Assembly: GCA_003344405.1 (NCBI GenBank)
Contig: NOWV01000212.1
Location: 1-64,000, forward strand
Direction of reading: 5' to 3'
Source of the DNA: Trichoplax sp. H2
Lineage: Eukaryota
Length of the DNA: 64,000 nucleotides
Below are positions 13,073-25,956 of the stretch, piece after piece. Position numbers and translations under genes: made by a program. The notes under the pieces are model-generated. The model did no database searches. It saw nothing but the letters and a program-made list of their open reading frames with translations, and was not told the DNA's origin. Position 1 is the stretch's first letter; each line of letters opens with the position of its first letter.

Positions 13073-15797
13073 ACTGTAGCGTTTGTCTGTCAAAATAGTT
13101 GATGTGATGCATAAAAGAGGTAAAGTGGAATTATGATTTCATTATGATTCTCAGTCTAGACAAGAATTTAGTAATTGATGATAACTTACCAGTCACTTGC
13201 ATATGATATAAATATTTTATATATGACTTGTATAAATAGTATACTTTCCCTTCAGTACCATTTCTAAATTTTCTTTAGATATTCCAGTATCAGATTAACT
13301 TCTACTCTCCAGCTGGACTGCTTAAGCTCAATCTAGAGATAAACTGATAGTACTAGAAATTTAGACAGCATTATTCGGCGGAATGAATCCCGCATTCATT
13401 AATCTTTTAATCAGTAGGAACAACCAAATAATTTATTGCATCATCAAATGTTCAGTACATGATACCAGACCGTTTAGTTGACGTAAATTGGAAGATTTTT
13501 GTTATTTTATAATCACTGTATTCCTCTAAATGTGATAGCTATTCATTAAATAACTTTAAAATAACGATTTAGTAATTCATCAGAGAGGGTCTGTAAATTG
13601 GAAAAGTAATCAAGTTTAGGACAAGGTTAATTCACAAAAGTCAGACTACAATACTTTTGTTACATTTTGAAAGATTCACAATCTGTCGTAATCGCAAGGA
13701 ATAAATGAAGATAAAATTAGAGGAACAAGAGTCTTTATTACAGCTAGCGTTAAAAGTAAAACGTGTAAGTTTACAGTTTATTTAAACGATATGAACTAGT
13801 TGAGTAGTTATAGCAACGTAGATAGGCGATGCATAAAAGCTTACTTTGTCATTCGCAGAAATAAGTAACGAAATAAGTAACGAAATGGATGCTTGAGAAT
13901 TGTTGTTATAATATAGGAAGCACATCAGGGGAGAATAAAATATATAAAAAAATGAGGCAAGATTATAGCTTTCTTCTATCTTAGGTATTCGTACGGTAGA
14001 ATTAAACTGGGTAGAAATAAAATTTTACCGAATAAATTGTTAAATATAGTACAGATCTTACGTATGGAAAAGTATGCTGTAACATATTAGAAATTAACTA
14101 TTGCTAAGGATAGACTATATCGCAAATAAAATCGGATTCTTCAGCTTTAGCTACGTCATCTTTAGAAATAATTAATAAACTTTGTTTAATTAGAAATGAT
14201 TCAATCATTTTCACAGATGAAGACCACTGTAGTAATTAAGCAACACAAATTAGAAATAACTTCCAGTTATGTTTTATGACACAATATGATTGCTTATAAT
14301 AAAGATCACTTAGCGATTCAATACCTGCGATAGTGGTTTATATCCTAAACTCACTTTTTTACATTGAAATAAGAGAAAACTTTTAGCTTCTAATCAAAAG
14401 TTACGTGTTATGTTTATTGTAACCCTCTTTAGTAGATTTTTTTTTAAATACGGTCCACGAAGATCTATCAAAGTTCAAAACACTACCAAGAACCCTTTGT
14501 AAATTGAGATTCACATCTCTATTCGCTCTAAGTCATTATATAAGTTATTTATAGGGGTAATAATGGATGTTAAAATTATTAAAACTAATAGCTTTGAGTT
14601 CTAGCCCTAATTAAATTTAGGGAAAAATGGTTTATTATAGGTTTTAATAACAACCCTACAAAACTACTTGAAAGAATTATAAATAGCTAGAATTACATCT
14701 CTGAATAAACGAACTGTCAATGAAATGATTTTACATTCCTAGAAAACACTAATCTTCGTCTTTCTACTTTACTAACTTGAACCACTACTAAACTCATTAA
14801 AGCAGTCAATGATATCAGGCTACTAATTTATCACTGTAGTTTTCTAAATTAAACTAGCCATTAATCACATATGATAAGATAATGCTATCCTAGATTCTCG
14901 AAAGTAATAAATTAATAATAACCATAGCACAGCTATAAATTATATTTTTCTACGAAGTACAAAACGCAACTATAAAAATCCACTAATACTGGTAAACTAT
15001 CATAAATTAAAACATAGATCAAAATATTTGGGTTTATACTGTATTCTATGGCAAAGTGCAGTGCACGGGTTGTTAGCCCTAGGTTCGTAATCCGCAAACT
15101 CAAAATTCTGAGTTGTTAAAATCGAGCAAATCCCTAATGTGGCACAGAATAGTCCACACAGTATAATTGACTTGTAACAGTTAAGTTTATTAACGTCTAA
15201 GTATCGTCCGTTGGAGAAGAATTCCAATTTCTTCCTTCATAATAACAGTCGAAAATGACTAAATAAACCGGATAATCGACTTAGCCTCCACGATAGCTAT
15301 TCCATACAATTTATACTAATTATCATCAATTCCTCCTCTACATAGGAGTCATCAATCACATTAGTACCTTGCTTAATAACATTACTTAATATGGCTATCA
15401 GCTACGGCCTTATATAGCACATAATTTATTAAGACATACAGTTCTACACTACATACTATCACTGTATTGCCTATACAAAACTTCTGTAATTAGCTGAAAT
15501 CACTACACAAAGTAATATAACTTTTACCACATTTTATGATCATAATTATCTACCCTTTTTATTGTCATTAATTAAGTTTTTTTAAAGCTGTAAGGGTTAT
15601 TAGAATGCAAAACTTGCTAGGAGAATTCTTAAAATTGATCTCTATTTCATTAGCAGATAATATATTAGAACATAATGCGCTATTTGGGATATCTTTATAA
15701 GACAGTAATTTCAAGGCTTGTTACCAGTAATTGTGATAAAAGAAAATAAGCAAGTATTGAATAATTCCGCAGAGATAGTTTCATTTTCGAAAACCAA

Positions 15798-16772
15798 TTA
15801 TTTAGCCCGCAGAATAACTATTCTGGAATGAGAATGCCGATTACGGGAAACTAATAGTTTTAGAAGTAATAAGGATGCTCTTCTAATGTGCTTGTCAAAT
15901 TTAAGATATAGGATAGGATTGGCAATAGTAATAGCAATCGTGACTGAAAACGAGGCAGAAGCTAATGCATAATGAGTTTGATTCACCTTCCGCAGATATT
16001 GGATTGGGGTTCTAGTTATAGCAATACCTACTAATGTAGCAAAAAATGGCCATGACAAGAAAACATTGAATGATGTAATCGTAATTAACATCTTAACAAA
16101 TTTTCGACGAGCAATATGATCGATCTCTTGCTCATGGTTAAAATTGACAGGTCTAATATATTTCTTGGTATAGAGGATAACCTTTCCGTACATAAATACT
16201 ATAACTATTGTTGGTAAGATGTATAGCATTATGGTAATTGAGCATAAGTAGATTGAGGTCTTTGATGTTATGATTGGAAAATCACATGCGTCAGTCTGAT
16301 TCTGGTAAATACCAACTATATCAAAAATAGGTATCGGAGTCAATAGCGAGATAGTCCAGATGATAATTTGTCCTATAAGTATAAAATGTTGTTGGATGGT
16401 ATTGTTAAGTCGGGTATTAGGTTTAGTGATGACTAAGTAGCGATCGATAGCAATTAAGCATAACGTTAACATGGATATACCGTATAAGCTTGTAGTAAAG
16501 TAGAATGTAATTTGGCATAACAGCCTTGCAAATTGGTAATTGATATTGAAGTCTGTAGTAATACCGAAATTAACAGTATAGATTAAGTTAGATATAATGT
16601 CTGATATAAAAGAGATTCGGATTAAGTGATAGGTTCGCTTATGAAAATATTTATCGGCAGAAATGACGATTGTAAGGAAGAGATTTAAAACCAATCCTAA
16701 TGTAGTCGTAGGTATAATTACGATGTCAACATTAATACCTTCAATAAGGCTAGAATTGAAAGAGTTATTCAT
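15798..16772 (-). CDS. Intronless class A GPCR, copy 3 (324 aa)
   Basis: Close paralog of copies 2 and 4; IAIDRY, ACDFP, YILP, SWPFF and NPILY motifs; ATG start. Confidence 0.93.
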   Translation of the reverse strand: MNNSFNSSLIEGINVDIVIIPTTTLGLVLNLFLTIVISADKYFHKRTYHLIRISFISDIISNLIYTVNFGITTDFNINYQFARLLCQITFYFTTSLYGISMLTLCLIAIDRYLVITKPNTRLNNTIQQHFILIGQIIIWTISLLTPIPIFDIVGIYQNQTDACDFPIITSKTSIYLCSITIMLYILPTIVIVFMYGKVILYTKKYIRPVNFNHEQEIDHIARRKFVKMLITITSFNVFLSWPFFATLVGIAITRTPIQYLRKVNQTHYALASASFSVTIAITIANPILYLKFDKHIRRASLLLLKLLVSRNRHSHSRIVILRAK

Positions 16773-19700
16773 GATAGTTTATTATATTTAGAACGATTTT
16801 ATCGATAAGCAAAACGTACAGATCCAGGTAAAGTTCTCTATCCTGCACTTAGTGTTAAAACCAATGACATATTCTACGACTACAGCTGTAATGGTCCAAC
16901 TTTTTTCTTTACGATAACCTTCATCTTTCAAGTTCTGTAAGAATATATCGACATCAGTGAAATAAGTCTCGGTTCATTCGATGATTTTGTAGCGATGCCT
17001 ATGCGGCACGAAAGAACTAAATAATAAGTGGCCGAGTATTCAAGGGCTACTGAGGAGGTTGAAATTTTAAACTGTTTGTGCTTATCTTTAGTACGATTGA
17101 AACAACAATGAGAGAGGTAGAGTTTTGTGTGCATGAAATAAAAGAATTAACTATATTATCTACTGATATATTAGTTAATTTGAAGATTCAATGCATGATA
17201 ATTTGGCTATTACCTGTAATTAATAAATGTATAAGCGCATATTTTTCTTTTATTTCAATTTTAGTAAACTAATATGTGGTCCAGGATAGCAATAAATATT
17301 TAATTTAGTTTCATTAATGAACGCAATAATGTATGATAGCAGAAATTCTGTTTTATTATTTATGAAATAATAAATATTCGCTATATTATAACAGAGTAAT
17401 TATTATCTTTCATCTTCGAACAAAAGCATATTGCTACAAACGACCTATTTAATAAAGAAAAATTAATTGCGATGTATTCCCTCCATTATGTGGCATTCTA
17501 TCTATATTTAATTTCCATTTAATTGGAATCAATATTGTCAGTACCTAATGTATAAATTTATGGTGCAGTAAATGATATAAATTATTCAAATTTCTTAAAA
17601 TCACATCACCAGTTAATAATTCTTCGAAATATCAACATTTATACTACGCAAAATTCGTACTTTTCCATAGTAGTATTCGTATTTTATTATTATAGTAAAA
17701 GTTATCAGGCAAATATTGTAGCTATTTCATTGGATTTATTTTCTGTATTGCATGATTGGCTTGTATCTCGAATTTCCCCCAGAAAATAAAATCATTTGAA
17801 GTTGTAAGTCAATTTTAATTAGAGTAATCACTTTACTCCAGTCATAATATTCAATAAGTGGCATCGTTAATGGTAATCAATAATATCACGGAATTCAATA
17901 CCATGTAAAATTACATGGCATTAATTTATAACTTATGGTAATACCGTGCTGTCAAGCCTAACTACTGCAAGTTTAGTTTGCTTCCTGAACCCATCCTACA
18001 GACACTCGAATACTTTGCTCAAGAAATTTACAAATAAATAAATCTATTAGCAACTTCTAATAATGCCGATTAATTGCAAGCTTGTGTTAATGAATATTTT
18101 TTAAAATGGAATTTATATCAAATTTTAGTCATTTTAGTGCTGTACTGAACGTTTGCCACACACTCCCACTATATGATCTAAGAAAATGAAAGCTATTTGC
18201 ACAAAATGTGGAAAACTAATATACTATTAGAGGTACTGCTGATTGCCTAATCATTCTATACTAAATGTTTACTAAAAGGCTTGATGTAATTGCATGCTAC
18301 GGAATTCTATCGAATAAAAGTCTTAGCTAGTATTAATAATAGAATTTCGAACGTTTGACTTTTAGTTTCGTAATGAAAATATGTCTGATATTCTCATATC
18401 TATATCTGAGTAAGTAATTAATTCGTGAATGCACGCTCGTATGCCTTGCCTCTCCATTTTAGAAAAGTTACAGATTCAAAACCATATGACTGTATTAACT
18501 CGTCTGGGAGACTGTTCCATGGTATGGTAGCTATTCATGTATTCTTATCGTTTTAAAATAGCTCGAAATTGGAAGATACTAGTTTACCATAAGTTATAAA
18601 TTAATACCATGTAATTTTAATCGTGTTATAATAAATATTCCGCACTCCTAGAGGTGTGGCTATTGCGGTAACATTGTAGACTATCGCAAAAATACTCTAC
18701 GGATAGAGGGCATTACCTCTCTTCTACCGGATTCACCAGATATAAAGTACACTTCAAATGCATTTTTTTATTGTAATGAGAATATATAATTCATAATTGG
18801 AAGTTATTTCGAAATATTAGCCTCTCCTGCTTCTAGGATAACACTTCCGAATTCTGAGTTAGTTCGGATGATTCTACAATAATTTGTTATTTTTCTAGTA
18901 AACAGTATTAGCATTCTTAAAGCCGCATTGTAATCATTCATTTTCCATAAATCGGCATTTATTAAACAAGTAAAACAATAAGAATGAGCTTTACAGCTGC
19001 ACGGAAAATATATTTTGGAATTTTTCACATAGAAACCGAATGTTGATTATTTTTTTAAATACTATGAAGGCATAGTATAATAGAATACATTATTCATTTC
19101 AGAATTATACGGTAGCGATTTTGAGATATTATCGTTATATATAGTTATAGAATGATGTCGATATCTTCTACGTTTCGACAAAATAACAAAATATGTGAAT
19201 CGTTTATGAGAATTTTGATGGCACTGATAGATTTGTTTACCACACAGAGTAGGTGTTTTCTAAGCCTCCGTGAAATTAATAAAATTTTTCTTAGAAGTCT
19301 TTAAATCGACATTGATGATGTTATAGTGATGCATACATTGTTGAATAGTGCTGATTTCCTCCTTCTCTTGATGATATTTGTAATTAATACAAGCACTCGC
19401 TAGTAGTGTCTACTAGGATACTGATGATGTTATTGTGATCAATGTGTTTATTAAATACGGTGCATTTTCTCCGAGTCTTCATACGAAAATGTAGTAAATG
19501 GTTAGTTCTTACTGAGAGGCTCAAGCTCTGTTTCCAGCTTTTACTTAGAAATTCTTGAATTTAGTATAATTTAAAATGAAGTTTAAGCTTATGTTGAGCT
19601 GCAGATTTAGCAATACAGTTCAATTTTCGTTTAATATTAGAATCAATAATATGCGCTGCAGTAGAACGCAGTATTACATTGCCATGAGGTCATATCACAC

Positions 19701-21492
19701 TACAAATCTCTTCTTGGATTATAGATTACAGTAATTATTAATAATCATAACATGTCAGATGTCATAGTTAAGTCGATATCAGTAAATTTCTACTACCTTT
19801 ATCTTTTGAAAACTATTCTATGGAAACCACGCAAAAGTTATTCTGACACCATTCTAGCAATTTCATATGGCTGTCCTTTTAATTTTACTTTCAACTCTCA
19901 CATTTTTTTTCAAAGTTTTTCGCGTGAACTTAGTGTAGCCTGAAGCTTTGTATGCGATCATTCTTTCCCTTCTGTACTAGTTATTAATTTGCATAATATG
20001 CTCTATTTCACACTAACGTTTTACGGTTCAGTTTGACTATTTTCATTAAATTTAGGAATCAGGTGAAATATAAGAGTTTTAGACTGTATTCTTCGACTAC
20101 TCCAATCAAACATTTATTAAACTGTTACTGCGTTGGAAAGACCAACACAATTTAATTCAACATTGAGTATTCATTACACGATACATGATCATTTGGTTGA
20201 CCACAATTAGAAGGCTAATATTGATTTACAATTATATATAATGAATCGATTCCTTCCACTATGATTTCAGTTCATTAAATAACTTTAGAATTGCTGCTTA
20301 CTAATTAGGCATCCAAGATGAAAAAATTTGAAAATTAATGTTTTACGACAACCTCGATTCTACCAGTATTAGAGCTTGGTACTTTAGTCGAATACTCTCT
20401 AAAATGCTTTGCTGAATTATATTATAGACTAGCTCACACGGCCTTTTTTAAATATAGTAATTAAAGCAAATTTTTATCTTAAGTTCGTAGGCCTGACGCT
20501 ATTACGATTTAGTGAACTCATGCAGAATAAGATATAGTCTGCCGCATTAAAAATATAAAATGGTTGCTTGAAAATTTGATTATTTAGCCATTTGATTCCA
20601 ACAGCAGTGGTCGATATCTAAACTTACGCTTAAATTTAAAAATAGAATAAAATATTTAGCCCCATATTAACGGTACACCGTTTAAAACGGAACATTTCCG
20701 CTAGCAATTTTATCTACAGTTCACAAATATCTATCAAATTTATAAGCACATCGCTATTTGTTATTGTTAGTTATTGATATTGTATTATAAGATAAATATG
20801 ATACGATATATGATAAACATTTATAGCAGATATCTCAAGAAACGTCAGTAAAAATATGTTGTGTAATTACTAGATCGTGACGGCTGTATTCGGATATTGA
20901 AATGCGGTAACAATATAGACGATTCCTTGCGATTTTGAAAACGCATTAAAGGAGTTAAGACTTAGTAACATATCATACATAATACATAACAGTAATCAAA
21001 GAAAAGAAATTGATATCATTGTTGTAATCTTTGTAACTCCATTGCAAATTCGATTAACAGCTGAGGTTCTCCGATTAGTTCTTCTACAATCTCTTCAGCG
21101 TAATAGAAAAATGAAATACTTTTATAGTATGGATTCTTATCATAACGCAACCTTACGTTCTGAACGACTAATTTAGTCTTTAAAGGATTAACTAACTTAG
21201 CAACTCACTGAACTAACTGGACAGAATAAAATCGAGCTGCTGTTTTGCTTTCGCCTATATATATTATATTATACGACGATTAAGGACCAATGCGTTCATC
21301 ACTTAACTAAGGACTATGATACTTTATCGCAAAGTATCTACTGTCCTATAGGGGAACGAGGATAATCATAACGCATAATCCAAATATTATTTTACATTAA
21401 ATATATAATTAAATGAACTGTGCAATACAATACTAAATTCACAACGGTAGTTAGAATAGGACCGTGAAGATTGTTTTATTATCACTAGTAAA

Positions 21493-22488
21493 TCATTTGC
21501 CACGCGGTATAACCATCATTGGATGGGATTGTCGACTATGAGGGACGAATCCTTTTAGAAGTAAAATGGATGCTTTTCTAATGCGCAAATCGAACTTTAG
21601 GTAGAGGATGGGATTGATAATAGTAATTGCAATCGTAACTGAAAAAGAGAAATAAGCTAATAAAAAATAAATTTGATTCACACTCCATAAACGTTGCATC
21701 GGTACACGAGTTGTAGCAATACCTAATAATGTAGCAAAAAATGGCCATGACATTAAAACATAACATGAGGTAACCGTTATTAACATCTTGACAAATTTTC
21801 GACGAGCAATATGATCATGTTCTTGCTCATGATTAAAATTGATAGGCCTAATATACTTTCTAGTAAAGAGGATGATCTTTCGGTACATGAAGACTATGAT
21901 TATCGTCGGTAGTATGTATAATGTTGTTGTAAGTAGATAGAGAAAAATTGAGACTGCTGGTGTTATGATTGGAAAATCGCAGAAATTAGCTCCATTCTGG
22001 TAAACATCTATTAGATTAATGATTGGGACTGCAGTCGTTAGGGAAATAATCCAGACGAAAATTTGTCCAATAAGTATAAAATGTTGTTGTGTAGAAAGGT
22101 GCAATCGAGTAGTAGGTTTAGTGATGACTAAGTAACGATCGGTAGCAATTAAGCATAATGTCATGATTGATACTCCGTATGAACTAGTAGTAGTGTAGAA
22201 TATAATTTGGCATAACAGCTTTGCTAATCGATAGTTGGTATTCATAGTTAAGGTAAAGAAGTAATTAATGGTTAAGGTTAAGTTCGATATAATGTCTGAT
22301 ATGAGAGAGATTCGAATTAAGCGATAGATTCGATTATTAAAACATTTATCCAGAGAAAGAACAACTGCAAGGAAGAGATTTAACACCAACCCTAATATCG
22401 TCATAGGTATAAGTATCATGGCCAAAGGTGAAACTATGATGGCAATATTAGAATTTCCTGAAAGATTTGTATTAAAAGACTTGTTCAT
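21493..22488 (-). CDS. Intronless class A GPCR, copy 4 (331 aa)
   Basis: Close paralog of copies 2 and 3; IATDRY, FCDFP, YILP, SWPFF and NPILY motifs; ATG start. Confidence 0.93.
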   Translation of the reverse strand: MNKSFNTNLSGNSNIAIIVSPLAMILIPMTILGLVLNLFLAVVLSLDKCFNNRIYRLIRISLISDIISNLTLTINYFFTLTMNTNYRLAKLLCQIIFYTTTSSYGVSIMTLCLIATDRYLVITKPTTRLHLSTQQHFILIGQIFVWIISLTTAVPIINLIDVYQNGANFCDFPIITPAVSIFLYLLTTTLYILPTIIIVFMYRKIILFTRKYIRPINFNHEQEHDHIARRKFVKMLITVTSCYVLMSWPFFATLLGIATTRVPMQRLWSVNQIYFLLAYFSFSVTIAITIINPILYLKFDLRIRKASILLLKGFVPHSRQSHPMMVIPRGK

Positions 22489-25400
22489 GATAGTTAATAA
22501 CGGTTATGATATTTTGAATAAAAAGCCAAAATGTAAAGATCCCAATACAGTTTACTATCCTGTGCTTAATGTCCTGCAACATTAACTTGCACAAGGGCTG
22601 CAGTAGTGATGGTTTGATTCTTACCGACGATCATCTCTATTTAAAGTCGCGAGAATACTTCGGTATCAGATAAAAATGTCTATTCTGTATCCAAAATTGT
22701 TATAGTGATGCCAATATAGCATGAAAGAATTAGAGAATATGGTAATCGACCATTCAAGGGTTGCAAAGCAAGGCGAATTTCAAAATTGTTCGTGATCTTC
22801 TTCTATTAAGATTGAAAGGATAATGAGGAAATTAGAGTACCGAGCTCGTGGAATATTTCAAAGAATTAACTCATGGTATACTAACATAAAATATTATAAT
22901 CATTGATTCGAAAGTATACTATACAGCATTTAGCCCAATAATTAAGAAAAATATAACTGCGTTATTTTCTTTTCTTTCAATTTTGATCAGTCAAATGATT
23001 CTATGACATAGCAATAAATATTTAATTTGGTTTCATTGACGATACAACAACATACGAAGTAAAAATTTCGTTTATTTTACACAAGATAATAACACACGCG
23101 ATATTACAATAAGGCAATTGATTTCTTTCAGCTTTGAACAAAACAAATTCTTCTAAAATGACTTACTTCGTCAATACCGAAATCACATGCGATCTTTCCC
23201 CGTATTATATAATATTCCATCTGTTTTATTTCCGGGGTAATTGATCTACATTATTGTCGCTAAGCAGAAAGACACGGCTATTCAAGTAACCTAAATTATT
23301 CAAATTTCTCGTAATCACATCATCGGTATCAATCTTTGAAAATTAAAATCGAGATATAGAAAACTTCTTCATAGTATTATTTATATATAAATATGATACC
23401 GTAAAATAAATAAGCTAATTGTTCCTGCTATTTTATTAGCATTCCTTAAATACATATAAAAACTAGACTATCAAGTGAAAATATTTGATTTTCGTGATGA
23501 TATTGATTAATTATCAGGAAATAAAATAATTTCTCCATCAAATAAACTACGCAATATATAGTAAAAATTGGCAACTAAAGATAACTGTAATAATTTTCAA
23601 TTTATCACAATATTTATTGTTTACTTAAAAGAAGTGATGAAATATGATTCTATTACAGCCTACAGCCCCAAATATGAATTGAAGAGTATTCTGGGAAATT
23701 AATTATGCAAAGATTACCTTAAGCCTTTACTTTATTAGAAATAGTAAAATTCTATCGCAAATACTAAATTTACCACATCAATCAGATCCAATCCACGAAA
23801 TACAAACAATTAAAACTGCACGACAGTTGTAGTCCTTTTAAAGTATTTAAAATTGAATTAGATTGCCCACTATGACTTTTTCTTTATTACTGTTTTTATT
23901 CATTAAAGTTTCAAATAAAACGTAAGTAATAATCAGTATCTTATCTTAATAATATCCCTACAATAAGGAGCAATATTCTGCTAATACATGATTATTTAGT
24001 GTATAAAATTTTGATATTAGTGGTATTTTAATGTAGTAAAAGTATCGTAGTATTCATTAAACTCGTAGTGATTTGGTAGTTTTGATAGAATAGAATCAAA
24101 TGAATCTTAGCGATAATTGGAAGACTGTAAGTACAGTTTAACAGCAACTGTATTGGTTGGACGATATAATCTGATTCATATAGTTGATAAAAAGTAAAAA
24201 TGTTCTCTGAGCTTTAATAAAATAGCATAATACTTGTTAAAAGCATTTATGAAAATGTCGATAATATCATTATAACAACCACTTTCTCAAATGGATTTGA
24301 TAAATTTTGAGCCTTGATCAAACGATAATAAACTTACAAAAAGCATCTATATAGATTTCGAGGCTATTATTGTGATGGATATGATAATCAAAGAGTGGCT
24401 GTTCTCAAAATTTACATAATATCATTAATAAAAGCTCTCATTGTACGCATGTTACGCAATCGCTAATTGATTTTATCACAAATTATGTCCGTATCATGTA
24501 ATATTAATGCTTCTACTGTATAAATATCCATAATAAGGGATAAACCACTAATACTGCGCTTAAACTCTGCTTTTTATTTCAACTTTTCCTACGACTTGCT
24601 TCGTTATCCCAATATCAAGACGACCCTAAATTTTTAAATAAATTTGTGAAAAGTAAAGTTATTAATATGTAAATCTAGACTGGTTAGCATTTTCAACGTG
24701 GGTTGGAATTACTACTGCCGTTCTTTACACCCCGGGGTATATCCTTCACTATTATTCTAGTAGGTCTATTCGACAAATTGGCTTCATGATAGATTTTAAA
24801 GTTACTAGGGGCATTACATGCAATCGGTATTAATAGAATAGTGACAGTAAATGATTTTAATATAATACTTTAATATCTAGATTAAATTTCCTTTACAACT
24901 ACAATGGTTCAAGCCAGTTTCAAAAGATGATCACAAAGCAACCTTATATGGCGCCGCTATTAGATAGGATACATCAAAGGGCATCGGGAGCTGATCACAG
25001 AAATTTCTCATGCCATTGCATTATAAATTCTGATCAGAATTTGCCGTAATTAGTTATCAGGTATAAGTATCAGATTTCTTTTTTTCTTAACGTGTAGACT
25101 GAGGTATAAACACACAGAGACAGCTATAGCAATATCTTGCAAATTCTTATTAAATATTTAAATCAGAAAAAATAGCTAACAAGAGATTTGGATCACGAAG
25201 TCATTAGACAGAAAGAGGCTTATCAATTAGAATCCTAATTGGGTATATTACTACATCTTCATTCAAGATCGAGTCGACCAATTAGCCCTGTAATATTTTT
25301 ATACCTTACAGCCACACAATTAATCCTGTAAGCGAAATGGCCTTGAGAGCTACTACGAAAATTTCTCTTGTCTTGCTTAATATATTTCTATCTAAAATTG

Positions 25401-25956
25401 TAATATGTAAATTTGTGATACAGAATTGCAAGCTAAAAATTAATGAGTTACATCATCGTCATTATAGTACAGGCGATAGGTAAGAGCAATGATTCATCCT
25501 ACTAGTCCAGACCTCTTTAGAATTTCGTAGAATGTTAATACTGTATAGCATGATGGAAAGATCCATCAATATTATACATTAAATTGGCCGATTTTGTAGT
25601 CATAGTGATCGATAGGGTTGGAGCAATAATTTACCCTTCTAGTAAAAATCTTGCCCCAATTTCTTTGAATATCAATTCTATATAACATAATGAATATATC
25701 ATTCAAATATTTTTATTTAATTAACCATCTTTGTAGTTAAATGTATCGATGGCATTGCAGCAACGATTAATTCTACTACTTTAGACCTCTTTAAAATCTC
25801 GTAGAATGTCAAAACCTCATATTATGATAGAAAGATCAAACATATATTTACTTAGTCCATAGGGTTATATTAAATACTAATAAGTTGTCCTATGAGAAGC
25901 TGGCCTGATCATTCCAGAATTTTGCAGACAATATTTTGTAAAGTATTTTAAATTTA

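Noticed and set aside
9692..22488. GPCRs as opsins
   Set aside because: No retinal-binding lysine in TM7 (e.g. YFSFSITVAISIINPILY) in any copy.
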